Under the pieces are notes generated by a model. It was not told where the DNA came from. It did not search any database and worked only from the letters and a program-made list of their open reading frames with translations. The position numbers and the translations under genes were made by a program. Of a stretch of DNA of 64,000 nt, positions 1 to 8,710 are shown in pieces. The DNA comes from a phage. Position 1 is the stretch's first letter. Every line of letters begins with the position of its first letter. Where the stretch lies: sequence record NC_101837.1. One strand, written 5' to 3'.

Positions 1-945
1 GGTTTTTGCCGTCTCCAGTTCTGCAACAACTTCTGCCCCGCGAAGACGTATACCTTCTTTGACAAAGGCCTCCAGGCGATCCTGGAATCCACCGTCGTCA
101 TGGCCCTCTATGGTCCATTCACGCCCAGGGTTAATATTGCAATCCCCAATAGGAATTTCCACGCAGATTGCAGGATAATCGGTCAATGTCTCCAGGAACT
201 TAGAGCGGTAAGGTTGGTGACCCATCACAACACGGCTCTCATCAGAGCTGGTATAACCTTTCAGGATAGTCATTTTCCAACCATCTTTCTCGTAGCGATA
301 CTGCGCCTCAACCTTGTCACCTTCCAGCATCTTACTGGTCATAGGGTCGGTAACGGTAAACGGAAACTTTGCATAGCGTAGGCATGACGCAATAGCAGTG
401 CGATATTTCAGAACATGCTCTTTCTTAACATGGAACTGAACTTTTACCCCGTTGTGCTCTTCAGTCTTCCGCTCGCGGATCTTGGTAACGTTTGGGATAC
501 CCTGATCCAAGAACAATAGATATGTGCTTTCAACACCGTTGTGCACACTGATCACATCGAAAGTGTCCACCATGCTGAACGGGGCCTTTGAACCTACACC
601 TTTATTACCTACCAGGGCGTTGCTGTTGCGCTTGGTTGACTCCCCGAGGTTCATGAAAGTGTTGCGGACCATCTCTTCTGACATACCCAATCCAACGTCC
701 TGCACAAAGAAGTATGGTTCAAGGTCTGTAGGGGAGTGAATGATGATCGGTACATCACCCCGTCCAGACTCAACATGGGAGTCCACAGCATTGAAGATTG
801 GTTCACGGCAGCTTGCCAGCACCTTATCTTCGTAAATCCCTTTAATGATTAGCCCAAAAGTCTCTTTGTTCAGAGAAATTGAGCCCCTGGTGACCTCCAT
901 ATTTCCGGTTAGTACTGCTTTAGTTTCATTACTGTTTACAATCAT
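1..945 (-). CDS. rIIA: rIIA-like protein, N-terminal GHKL (histidine-kinase-like) ATPase domain; partial, gene continues beyond window start
   Basis: ATG 943-945 overlaps TGA of upstream gene (ATGA); open minus-strand frame to position 1; translation MIVNSNETKAVLTGN... has GHKL N-box (REPIFNAVDSH), G1 box (QDVGLGMS), G2 box (GNKGVGSKAPF); N-terminal pattern resembles T4 rIIA as recalled from memory. Confidence 0.55.
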   Translation of the reverse strand, partial: MIVNSNETKAVLTGNMEVTRGSISLNKETFGLIIKGIYEDKVLASCREPIFNAVDSHVESGRGDVPIIIHSPTDLEPYFFVQDVGLGMSEEMVRNTFMNLGESTKRNSNALVGNKGVGSKAPFSMVDTFDVISVHNGVESTYLLFLDQGIPNVTKIRERKTEEHNGVKVQFHVKKEHVLKYRTAIASCLRYAKFPFTVTDPMTSKMLEGDKVEAQYRYEKDGWKMTILKGYTSSDESRVVMGHQPYRSKFLETLTDYPAICVEIPIGDCNINPGREWTIEGHDDGGFQDRLEAFVKEGIRLRGAEVVAELETAKT

Positions 946-1442
946 TTATTGCGCTCCTTGTAGTAGATATGACTCCCGAATTGAGCTGTCCTCTGCATCT
1001 TTTTTGCCCATTTCGGTCGTACTTTGGTTGTATGGTAGTGTGTTGCTCCACCTGTTATGTCCATAGCCATGTATGCAACATGGTTGTTATTATAGACCTT
1101 TAGAAGCATCTTTGCAAGACTTTTAGCGTGATCCCATGAATCTTTTTCTGTCACCTTAAAAGTTTTGCCGTGGTTTGTCCACGAAAACTGGTTAGGTTGG
1201 TAGACAATCTTTCTTATAGTGTCTGGGTATTTGGGGTGAGATTTCCTGTTTAGTGTGGCAAACCCTGATGCCAGCATACCCATCGTGCCATCCCCTCTAG
1301 CCTCCCTGTAGATATTGCATGCCAGAATGTTTTCCTTAGTATCTGAGGGCTTGCAAGTATGATATACTTTTTGTTTTGGTGCTGCAACAACAGGCAGCGA
1401 TAAAAATGCGCTCAAAATAATAGCAAAGATCTTAATTTTCAC
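942..1442 (-). CDS. secreted cell-wall hydrolase, SleB/CwlJ-like domain; candidate endolysin
   Basis: 166 aa; GTG start preceded by TGGAG; N-terminal signal peptide MKIKIFAIILSAFLSLPVVA; motif NIYREARGD...ATLNRKSHPKYPDTIRKIVYQPNQFSW typical of SleB-type lytic hydrolases. Confidence 0.55.
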   Translation of the reverse strand: MKIKIFAIILSAFLSLPVVAAPKQKVYHTCKPSDTKENILACNIYREARGDGTMGMLASGFATLNRKSHPKYPDTIRKIVYQPNQFSWTNHGKTFKVTEKDSWDHAKSLAKMLLKVYNNNHVAYMAMDITGGATHYHTTKVRPKWAKKMQRTAQFGSHIYYKERNK

Positions 1443-1449
1443 AATAACT

Positions 1450-1479
1450 CCAAATAGAAAATCCCCGCCGAAGCGGGGG
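1450..1479 (-). terminator. rho-independent terminator (stem CCCCGC/GCGGGG, UUCG loop on the transcript, U-tract)
   Basis: hairpin 1463-1478 followed on minus strand by AUUUUCUAUUU; lies just after stop of 1491..1871. Confidence 0.5.
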
Positions 1480-1490
1480 TGTCTTAGAAA

Positions 1491-1871
1491 TTAATCGTAG
1501 TGTGCCAAAATCTCTCCATCGTTGCAAGTTCCCTCTACAAAGTTATGAAGATTCATGCACTCATCTTGATAGAAGAATTTACCGCTTTTCAGCCGTAGGC
1601 CAAACAACTCCGCATCTCCACGATGGCAAGCCTCTACAAGTTCATAGATTTCATACGGCAACTCTCCGTCGTCATGGAAGAACCCAGCCTTATCGTTGAC
1701 ATAGATGAAGAAATAATCACTACTGTCGCAAGCGTCCAATATTTTAAACCAGATTTCATCTACATCTTTTTCTCGGATATCGATCACGCAAGTGGAGCTG
1801 CATTCGTACTCCTTCTCCGGCTCCTCGGTCAATACCACCAGGTAGTTTCCCCGCTTACCTACTTTAGCCAT
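1491..1871 (-). CDS. hypothetical acidic protein
   Basis: ORF track 1491..1919; preferred start ATG 1869-1871 preceded by AAGGGGGG, which avoids a 38-nt overlap with the MoxR gene. Confidence 0.4.
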   Translation of the reverse strand: MAKVGKRGNYLVVLTEEPEKEYECSSTCVIDIREKDVDEIWFKILDACDSSDYFFIYVNDKAGFFHDDGELPYEIYELVEACHRGDAELFGLRLKSGKFFYQDECMNLHNFVEGTCNDGEILAHYD

Positions 1872-1881
1872 ACAACCCCCC

Positions 1882-3066
1882 TTAAGCTTTAGCCAAAATG
1901 GCGCTAAACTCTTCACCAAACTCTTTTACAATCTTCATCAGGTTTGGGTATGCTTTGATCAGCTGAGCAACAATCTTGTCACGCCCTTTACCGATAAGCA
2001 AGGCATTTCCTAAGGCATTAGGTTTCATCATCGCCATAAAGACTGAGAATACAAAATCTCGGTTCTCGTCCTTGAAGTTTTCCCAAAGGAAATCGAGGAA
2101 GTTTGCCACGCAGCTGACAAGATCTTCGTCTGAGATACTTGCATTTTCCATCATATTACGAATAGCGATACAACCTTCAGATCCAAGAATCCACAAAATG
2201 TCTGGCTGCTTAGGACCTACGTATTCTTTGCAGCCACCTGCCATAATCCTACCGATTTCCGGTAAATTGCGTTTCTTGGTGTGGTATGTCCAGATCTCTA
2301 CCGCTGCAGTGTGACCAATAGCACCTTGCAGAAGAACACGGGCCATAGCGTCAGAAATAATACCACTGTCAAAATCGTGCAAGATGTCAGATGCAGCAAC
2401 CCAAGATCGTGGTGTGGCAAAAGATGGACAATTAATCTCAGCCATAGCCTCATAATTATCAATAGCTGATGGAACTCTTTTCAGATACCCAATTACAGAG
2501 GAGTGAACCCCGTTGAGGAATGCGTAGTCCTCAATAAACACCTCTGCATTGCTTGTAACCTCTACAATGATAAAACGGTTAGCCAGAGGGGCTTCGAGCG
2601 CCGAAAGAACCGCACCATCTGTAGAACGGTTACCCGCAGCCACAAAAACAGAACCCTTAGGGAATGCATAGGTGCCGCACTTGTGGTCAAGCATAATTTG
2701 CATTGCAACCTTTTGCAGGTAGTTATCTGCATGAGTGAGCTCATCCAGAAAGATAATTCCGCTCCAGTCAGGATCCGCAGGCCAAAATTCTGGAATTGCA
2801 AACACTGTACGTGTAGTTCCATCCGCTTCTACAGGGATAGGTAGCCCAGATAAGTCGGCAGGATCTTTATCTGACAGTCGCACGTCAACAAGGTTGTCAT
2901 CTCGCTCACCGAACATATTATCAGCGATCTGCTTCATCACCTGGCTTTTACCCACACCCATTGGTCCCAAAATTAGGACAGATCGGCTATGACGTTGGGC
3001 AAACTGAATGATAGCTGGCAACTCACGGACAGTGATTTGACCACTTTCAAATACGTTTCTTGACAT
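1882..3066 (-). CDS. MoxR-like AAA+ ATPase (CobS/RavA-type)
   Basis: 394 aa; Walker A LILGPMGVGKS, Walker B IIFLDELTHA, sensor AAGNRS; start overlaps stop of upstream gene. Confidence 0.65.
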   Translation of the reverse strand: MSRNVFESGQITVRELPAIIQFAQRHSRSVLILGPMGVGKSQVMKQIADNMFGERDDNLVDVRLSDKDPADLSGLPIPVEADGTTRTVFAIPEFWPADPDWSGIIFLDELTHADNYLQKVAMQIMLDHKCGTYAFPKGSVFVAAGNRSTDGAVLSALEAPLANRFIIVEVTSNAEVFIEDYAFLNGVHSSVIGYLKRVPSAIDNYEAMAEINCPSFATPRSWVAASDILHDFDSGIISDAMARVLLQGAIGHTAAVEIWTYHTKKRNLPEIGRIMAGGCKEYVGPKQPDILWILGSEGCIAIRNMMENASISDEDLVSCVANFLDFLWENFKDENRDFVFSVFMAMMKPNALGNALLIGKGRDKIVAQLIKAYPNLMKIVKEFGEEFSAILAKA

Positions 3067-3371
3067 TAGTAAAAATCCTCTACTTGTGTGTAAGTGTTTT
3101 CAAAGTTTTCCAAAACAGATGTCACATCGGATCTGTCAATATCGTACACAACTTCCCAGTTGTATGCAACCCTTTCTGCTGTTGCTTCTTCAGGACTTAG
3201 CCGCCTGCTGGGGTGAAAGAATGCTGTAGTGCACCTTCTTAGTTGTCTTCCGGTTTTCCCATAACAATATCTGTGGATAACTTTGTCAAAATTTAACTCT
3301 TTTTCTGCACAAAGTTCGTGTTTCTGGTATAACATGTTTATTACTCTTTTAAGTGGCATCCTTGCCACCAC
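3066..3371 (-). CDS. hypothetical protein
   Basis: 101-aa ORF, tightly packed in minus-strand operon. Confidence 0.4.
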   Translation of the reverse strand: MVARMPLKRVINMLYQKHELCAEKELNFDKVIHRYCYGKTGRQLRRCTTAFFHPSRRLSPEEATAERVAYNWEVVYDIDRSDVTSVLENFENTYTQVEDFY

Positions 3372-3374
3372 CCG

Positions 3375-3755
3375 CTAGAATGCAGTCCGAATCCAGACAA
3401 GGTTCTTATCTGCCCAATCATAGAGGCAAGTCATTGCGCTATTAAATTGCTCGCACGGAGGATAATCTTCTTCCATCTGGCGCATAGCAGAGCCTTGGGG
3501 GTAAAGCTCCCGTGCTGCAAACCACGCATCGTAGTCATCCACGGTATCGAAGTAGTATACAACATCCTCCAACTCAGGATCGAACTTTGAATTATCAGGA
3601 TCCAGTTGTTCAGGGAACTTGGAGCGTAACTTGCCAGCCACAATACTTGCCAACTCGCTAACATGCTTATTGTCCCACTCTACTAGTTTCCCGTCTTCAG
3701 TGATGCGTCCTAACCACTGATCATGCAGGTCAACCGTTGTCTTCCACCGGGTCAT
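3375..3755 (-). CDS. hypothetical protein
   Basis: 126-aa ORF in operon, acidic. Confidence 0.4.
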   Translation of the reverse strand: MTRWKTTVDLHDQWLGRITEDGKLVEWDNKHVSELASIVAGKLRSKFPEQLDPDNSKFDPELEDVVYYFDTVDDYDAWFAARELYPQGSAMRQMEEDYPPCEQFNSAMTCLYDWADKNLVWIRTAF

Positions 3756-3757
3756 TA

Positions 3758-4015
3758 TCAGTCCACCTCTTCTTCTCGTTGTAGTTCAAGATACCCGTAG
3801 GTCTGGATATCTTCAAAAGTGTGGAACTCCCCATCTGCCGCTAAGGCACGAACAACTTGGCACAAAACCTTATGAGGAACTTCATCCAGACCCAGATTCA
3901 GTGCAGGGAACACCTTATCTAAGTCAACAAAATAAACGAACTGTAGCTCACCAGCTTCAAAAGGTGTATCTTCAATAAACATCTTCTCGGCATTAGTCAA
4001 GATCTGAACTTTCAT
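3758..4015 (-). CDS. hypothetical protein
   Basis: 85-aa ORF in operon. Confidence 0.4.
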   Translation of the reverse strand: MKVQILTNAEKMFIEDTPFEAGELQFVYFVDLDKVFPALNLGLDEVPHKVLCQVVRALAADGEFHTFEDIQTYGYLELQREEEVD

Positions 4016-4392
4016 TATTCTACCTCCTCTTCTTTTTCTTCGACATTAGTTTCAGAGCTACCCCACTCTGGAGTTTCAACCTCGATAGTAAACTCACGCA
4101 CTACACGGTAATTGCCCATGAAGCGCTCCACTTCGTCAAGGTTTATGGGGAGGCCATTGGCAACCAGGTCTGCAGCACCCTCTTCTACCAGGTAGTCCAG
4201 ATTGGCTTCCAAAGCTTCAGGCTCAAACCCTGTCAATGCAATCAGATAACCTTTCCCTTCATCAGGGAGGACAATACAGCCCAACTGATTTTCTTTAAAA
4301 AGACAGTGACCATCATTATTGATTGGGTGTTCATTGCAGTAAATAGCTGCACGATAAGTAACTTTAGACATCGGTAAGGCCTCCTTAGGCAA
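4015..4392 (-). CDS. hypothetical protein
   Basis: 125-aa ORF, start overlaps upstream stop. Confidence 0.4.
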   Translation of the reverse strand: MPKEALPMSKVTYRAAIYCNEHPINNDGHCLFKENQLGCIVLPDEGKGYLIALTGFEPEALEANLDYLVEEGAADLVANGLPINLDEVERFMGNYRVVREFTIEVETPEWGSSETNVEEKEEEVE

Positions 4393-4663
4393 TTGTCATT
4401 TTACATTCTTGAAATTTTAACACAAGACGGTGATTGTGTCTAGTGTCTAAAAAGATTTTTTCAACCATCAGGCACACGGTATAACCGTCCATCTTGTTAA
4501 CAACAAAATCTCCAGGGTGAGGGAGGATGTCTCCAGGGTTGGGGAAACATAGTCCACTCAGAAAGGCATCGTCAGTGGTGGACTTAATAGATTTCCACAC
4601 ACTGTCTGCCTGAACATGTTCACCGACGTAATATACATTACCACATGCCTTCATCATAGTCAA
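4385..4663 (-). CDS. hypothetical protein
   Basis: 92-aa ORF, overlapping neighbours by a few nt. Confidence 0.4.
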   Translation of the reverse strand: MTMMKACGNVYYVGEHVQADSVWKSIKSTTDDAFLSGLCFPNPGDILPHPGDFVVNKMDGYTVCLMVEKIFLDTRHNHRLVLKFQECKMTIA

Positions 4664-5559
4664 ATCCCCGCATAAATTAAACTTGTATCAGTATACTTCT
4701 TTAATGGGTAAATATCCTGTCCATAGATGCAGTCATTAAACACCTCATCTACCCAAAGGCTACACTTATATCCCATCATTTCTAAAACACCCATCTCTTC
4801 TTCGGTAAACTTATCACCGCTCTTGCAAGATGTCAATACCTCATTCTGTACTCTTGCTACCTCGAAGCGGTTATTGGCAATATCGCTATTGGCGATCAAA
4901 TACTCACCTAAAGGGTGTGCGGCATTAAAGATGCACAGTGGGCGGTTGACGTAATAGTCTCCAGGTGTATAAAAATTATTGAGGTCTTTCACTAGAACAT
5001 TCTTATCAGTCACTTCATTTATAACATCATGCATATCGCACATCTTTATATGTTTGAGGATTCCATCCCCCATCACAAAATAAAAACTTGCTGAGGCACT
5101 TTCGGCATAGATCTTACTAGATCCGTTGTAGTTGTATTTTACTCGGATGCTAACGGGGGTTTTTCCTGTCGCGTTAGCCATCATCCAAAGAAATGGCAGC
5201 TCATACTTCTCCTCTGAGGAAACAAAAGGTGAGGTAGCCAGAGATCGAAAACCTCCAGAGAAGTTGAAAGTTACAGAACCGCTCCGGCGGTATGATACCG
5301 CGTATTCTACTTTTATATCGACGTACCCGTTGGAATAGGTGTGTCCTTCATTATCTAAATATGTCCACTTATCAGACCCAGATACCAATCTACGCTCAAT
5401 AACCTTCATCACTACAGGAATTAGTGGGTTGGTACAAACCGCTTTTGAAGTAGCTTTATCATCTAAAGCCTCGTAAATTGCAGAAAGGATGTCCCCAGCT
5501 GAAAGATTGGTTGTTATGTCCTGTTTCCACCGCGTACTAAAACTGTTAAGATTTGCCAT
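4660..5559 (-). CDS. hypothetical protein (first gene of minus-strand early operon)
   Basis: 299-aa ORF; AGGAG upstream of ATG; immediately downstream of a sigma70-like promoter. Confidence 0.45.
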   Translation of the reverse strand: MANLNSFSTRWKQDITTNLSAGDILSAIYEALDDKATSKAVCTNPLIPVVMKVIERRLVSGSDKWTYLDNEGHTYSNGYVDIKVEYAVSYRRSGSVTFNFSGGFRSLATSPFVSSEEKYELPFLWMMANATGKTPVSIRVKYNYNGSSKIYAESASASFYFVMGDGILKHIKMCDMHDVINEVTDKNVLVKDLNNFYTPGDYYVNRPLCIFNAAHPLGEYLIANSDIANNRFEVARVQNEVLTSCKSGDKFTEEEMGVLEMMGYKCSLWVDEVFNDCIYGQDIYPLKKYTDTSLIYAGI

Positions 5560-5599
5560 AAGTAAGTGCTCCTATGTTAGTTTTCTTTCGAATGGGTGC

Positions 5600-5628
5600 A
5601 CTATATTGTGGAGTTAGAGTAAAGTCAA
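5600..5628 (-). promoter_or_regulatory. sigma70-like promoter (TTGACT-17-TATAGT) for minus-strand operon
   Basis: -35 at 5623-5628 and -10 at 5600-5605 read on minus strand, 17-bp spacer. Confidence 0.45.
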
Positions 5629-5641
5629 CACGTTTTTGATG

Positions 5642-5670
5642 TTGACATCTGTTGAGACAATTGATACGAT
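5642..5670 (+). promoter_or_regulatory. sigma70-like promoter (TTGACA-17-TACGAT), divergent from the minus-strand promoter
   Basis: -35 5642-5647, -10 5665-5670; the two -35 hexamers form an inverted repeat GTCAACA-N9-TGTTGAC (5624-5646). Confidence 0.4.
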
Positions 5671-5701
5671 TTCTTCACTTACAGAGCACGAGAGACGACT
5701 C

Positions 5702-6679
5702 ATGAATCTTGAAAAATATTATACACCAGAAGAGTTAGAGCGCTTGCTCAAAAAATATAGACGCAAACAGAATAACGCACGGAAACGAGATATAGAGTTC
5801 GACCTGTCATGGGAAGAATACCTCCTATTTGGTAAAAAACTTTTAGGGGAGGGGGTATGCGACTACACCCTTATACCTTTCGACATGCACACAGATGAAA
5901 ACGGACTGGGAAATCCTTTCTACCCATCTCTGGAGCGGATAGATGATGAAGGTCCTTACGCAATTGATAATTGTTGTGTGGTAGGGTTGAGGTGCAATGC
6001 TCTGAAAGACTGTCTGGTAGATAAAAAGACTGCAATCCTGATTAAAGACAAAACTGATCGAAAAATTGTCCAGCAGATGATGCTCCACCTGAGCGAAGAG
6101 CGTATGGAGAAATTGAAAGGTGATTATACTTTTGAAGATTTCATCTTGCAATACGGGACAGAAGAAGATAAACTAGCACTATTTGACGAAGAGGAGGAAG
6201 ATATGTCACCAATGCAGGACTTTAAAAATTTCATGGCTGATCGTGCAGCCAACAAACACATTTCAGACATCGTAAACGAGACTGTGGCAGAAGAAATTGA
6301 AGAACAGAACTCTGAAGAGGAAAAAGATCCTCAGGAGGTCGAAGAGGAGATTGCAGAAGAAGTTCCTGCACTGCCTGATGATGTTGAGATTGCTAAGGCT
6401 TACACTTTCTATTGTCAAACGTTCTACGATGCAGGTATGAAAGTTGATCTGTCGTTCAGCCAATTTAAGAGTTCGTATATTCGCAAATGCTGTGCTTTAA
6501 CTGGTGAACGTCTCGGAGCTGGACTTAAACCCCTGTTGGTGACCGACTGGAATAAAGGTTTCACTAAAGGAAACTTTATGGTAGTATCTCCAATTATGGA
6601 GAAAGCTATGACAGATCTTATGAAGACCACCCGCATGACAATGACCGAGTTGGCAGGTATTTTCAAACACGTTAAATAA
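5702..6679 (+). CDS. hypothetical protein with two repeated HNH_3-like modules and an acidic linker
   Basis: ORF track 5636..6679 begins at a TTG inside the promoter; first ATG after the promoter is 5702; repeated segments CDYTLIPFD...SLERIDDEGPYAIDNCCVVGLRCNALK and CALTGERL...LLVTDWNKGFTKGN; Glu/Asp-rich linker. Confidence 0.4.
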   Translation: MNLEKYYTPEELERLLKKYRRKQNNARKRDIEFDLSWEEYLLFGKKLLGEGVCDYTLIPFDMHTDENGLGNPFYPSLERIDDEGPYAIDNCCVVGLRCNALKDCLVDKKTAILIKDKTDRKIVQQMMLHLSEERMEKLKGDYTFEDFILQYGTEEDKLALFDEEEEDMSPMQDFKNFMADRAANKHISDIVNETVAEEIEEQNSEEEKDPQEVEEEIAEEVPALPDDVEIAKAYTFYCQTFYDAGMKVDLSFSQFKSSYIRKCCALTGERLGAGLKPLLVTDWNKGFTKGNFMVVSPIMEKAMTDLMKTTRMTMTELAGIFKHVK

Positions 6680-6712
6680 TGACAGGGGCCAATGGCCCCT
6701 TCTGGAGTTTTA

Positions 6713-8173
6713 ATGGATAGCAGAAGTTCAGAAATCATTGCCTCACAGAAAGATGATGCCCTGAGAATGTTGCAGGCTGCACGTATGTATCTCCTTGAAA
6801 AGCTGCCGTTTTATGGCACACTGCTGTCAGGGTTGCAGTTCGTAGAAAACCACACATGGTGCTCCACCATGGCAACCGACCATAAACGCATTTATTACAG
6901 CCCTGAGTTCATTATGGGATTGGCTGATGAACGCAAGGCTATTCTTAAGGCTTCTCTAACTGACGAGCAGTTTGAGATGGCTGAAGTTTTCTATTCCCCA
7001 AAATCTGTGAAAGAGGTGGCCTTCCTTCTGTCACATGAGGTGGGGCATATTATCTGTGATCACCTGGTCCGTGGTAAAAGCTTTGAGCCGGAACTGTTCA
7101 ATATTGCTTGTGATCACGTTATCAACACAGGTCTTGTGGTTGACTTTAGCAAGCCTCCTTGTGTTTTCTTCCCGAAGGGGAAAAGCACTACGTTCGTGAA
7201 AGGCAAGCCTTTTGGCTTCTTAGCTAACTGCTACTGCGACATGAAGTTTCATGGATGGATTGCTGAGAACGTCTATGCAGTTCTTGATAAGCAAAGAGAT
7301 CAGAATAACGGTAAAAGTAAGAGCGGTAAAGGTGAGAACTCTCAAGGAGATAAGCGACAAACCGATGATCACATGAGTGGGAACGGTGGCACCAGTGATG
7401 ATCTTGGAAAGGCTATGGGGTATGATCAGCCACAACCTGTAATCAGCCAATCTGATAAAGATCAGGCCATGCAGGACTCTGGTGACATGCTTGAGGCAGC
7501 AATGCAAGCTTCCGGAGGTCGTTGCCCTGAGGCGGTTCGTGAGTTTGTCAAGAATAGAGGTAAGCCTGTAATCAATTATATAGACATCATCAAGCAGCGT
7601 ATGTTGTCTAAAAGAAAGGCCGAACTGACCTACAGAAAACCTGGTCGCCGATCTGGGTCTTTGACCAGCACAATGCGAAAAGTCGGAGCTATAAACAAGA
7701 ACCAGCACGTTATTGTTCCTGGTCGTAATCCGGAAAACACTATAGATATTGTGGTGGCTTTAGACGTTTCTGGCTCGATCTCTCAAAGAACTTTAAAGAA
7801 AATGTTCAATGAAATCACCGGATTGTGCAATCTGTATAAAGAATTTAAGGTTACAATGTTCTGTTGGTCAACTGAGGTTGGAGAGGTTAAAGTATACACT
7901 CGCGGCAACATAGACGAAATGATCAACTATGAGGTCCACTCAACATGGGGAACAACAGCTGCTTGCGTGTTCGAGTATCTGGATGCCAACATACCAAATG
8001 CAAAAGATGTCATCGTCCTGACCGACCTATACTTTGAGCATAACTTTGAACAAAAGGCTGTTGACAACAAGTGGAAAAAGTACGATACTTTATGGGTTCT
8101 AACCGAAGGGTATAATAAAAATTATATCCCTAGCTTTGGTAAAACTGTGGAATTAATCGAGTACGCTAAGTAA
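6713..8173 (+). CDS. von Willebrand factor A domain protein with N-terminal HExxH metallopeptidase-like domain (DUF2201/CobT-like; usual MoxR partner)
   Basis: HEVGH motif; MIDAS motif ALDVSGSIS in C-terminal half; ATG 6713 preceded by TGGAG; upstream ATG 6692 sits in loop of hairpin 6685-6699. Confidence 0.6.
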   Translation: MDSRSSEIIASQKDDALRMLQAARMYLLEKLPFYGTLLSGLQFVENHTWCSTMATDHKRIYYSPEFIMGLADERKAILKASLTDEQFEMAEVFYSPKSVKEVAFLLSHEVGHIICDHLVRGKSFEPELFNIACDHVINTGLVVDFSKPPCVFFPKGKSTTFVKGKPFGFLANCYCDMKFHGWIAENVYAVLDKQRDQNNGKSKSGKGENSQGDKRQTDDHMSGNGGTSDDLGKAMGYDQPQPVISQSDKDQAMQDSGDMLEAAMQASGGRCPEAVREFVKNRGKPVINYIDIIKQRMLSKRKAELTYRKPGRRSGSLTSTMRKVGAINKNQHVIVPGRNPENTIDIVVALDVSGSISQRTLKKMFNEITGLCNLYKEFKVTMFCWSTEVGEVKVYTRGNIDEMINYEVHSTWGTTAACVFEYLDANIPNAKDVIVLTDLYFEHNFEQKAVDNKWKKYDTLWVLTEGYNKNYIPSFGKTVELIEYAK

Positions 8174-8188
8174 GAGAGGATGTTATTT

Positions 8189-8446
8189 ATGGCAACAGAG
8201 GTAGTAATTAAAGCTGAACGCCCAGTTAAAAAAGCTATCAACACGTTCCCTGTGGGAACCATTGTGAGCATGATCACAGAGTCAGGTCGTGTATCTACGC
8301 TGCTGATTGTGAAATCTGCATGTTCTTCTTGTGTGTGGGCTTACGATCTGGACGAGAAAGAACTAAAATATTTTGTTGGGGAGCTGAAAGCAACCGAGCT
8401 CGATGCTCGTATCGAAGTATTTGGTGAAACTATGGAGGAAGAGTAA
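8189..8446 (+). CDS. hypothetical protein
   Basis: ORF track 8180..8446; ATG 8189 has GAGAGGA 8 nt upstream. Confidence 0.4.
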   Translation: MATEVVIKAERPVKKAINTFPVGTIVSMITESGRVSTLLIVKSACSSCVWAYDLDEKELKYFVGELKATELDARIEVFGETMEEE

Positions 8447-8709
8447 TGACCACGAAAATCACTATCGCAGAACCGAAAGCTAACACTCAACCTATCGAAA
8501 AGTTTAAGTGCGGCGAGGTGGTAACATTCACACCAGATAATGAAGATGCTAAGATTTTCGCAATGGTCACAGCTGAGTGGATGTGTGACAATACCACACA
8601 AGTACTACGTTTCGATACCTACCTCACAGATGAGATCCGAAACGATAAGATCGTGACAGGTGTGGACACTGAAATTATTTTCTACAAGAGCTTTTTAGAG
8701 GGTTTCTGA
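8446..8709 (+). CDS. hypothetical protein
   Basis: 87-aa ORF, start overlaps upstream stop. Confidence 0.4.
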   Translation: MTTKITIAEPKANTQPIEKFKCGEVVTFTPDNEDAKIFAMVTAEWMCDNTTQVLRFDTYLTDEIRNDKIVTGVDTEIIFYKSFLEGF

Positions 8710-8710
8710 T

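Noticed and set aside
5636-5701. TTG start at 5636 for the plus-strand early gene
   Set aside because: The TTG sits inside the promoter -35 region; the first ATG downstream of the predicted transcription start is 5702
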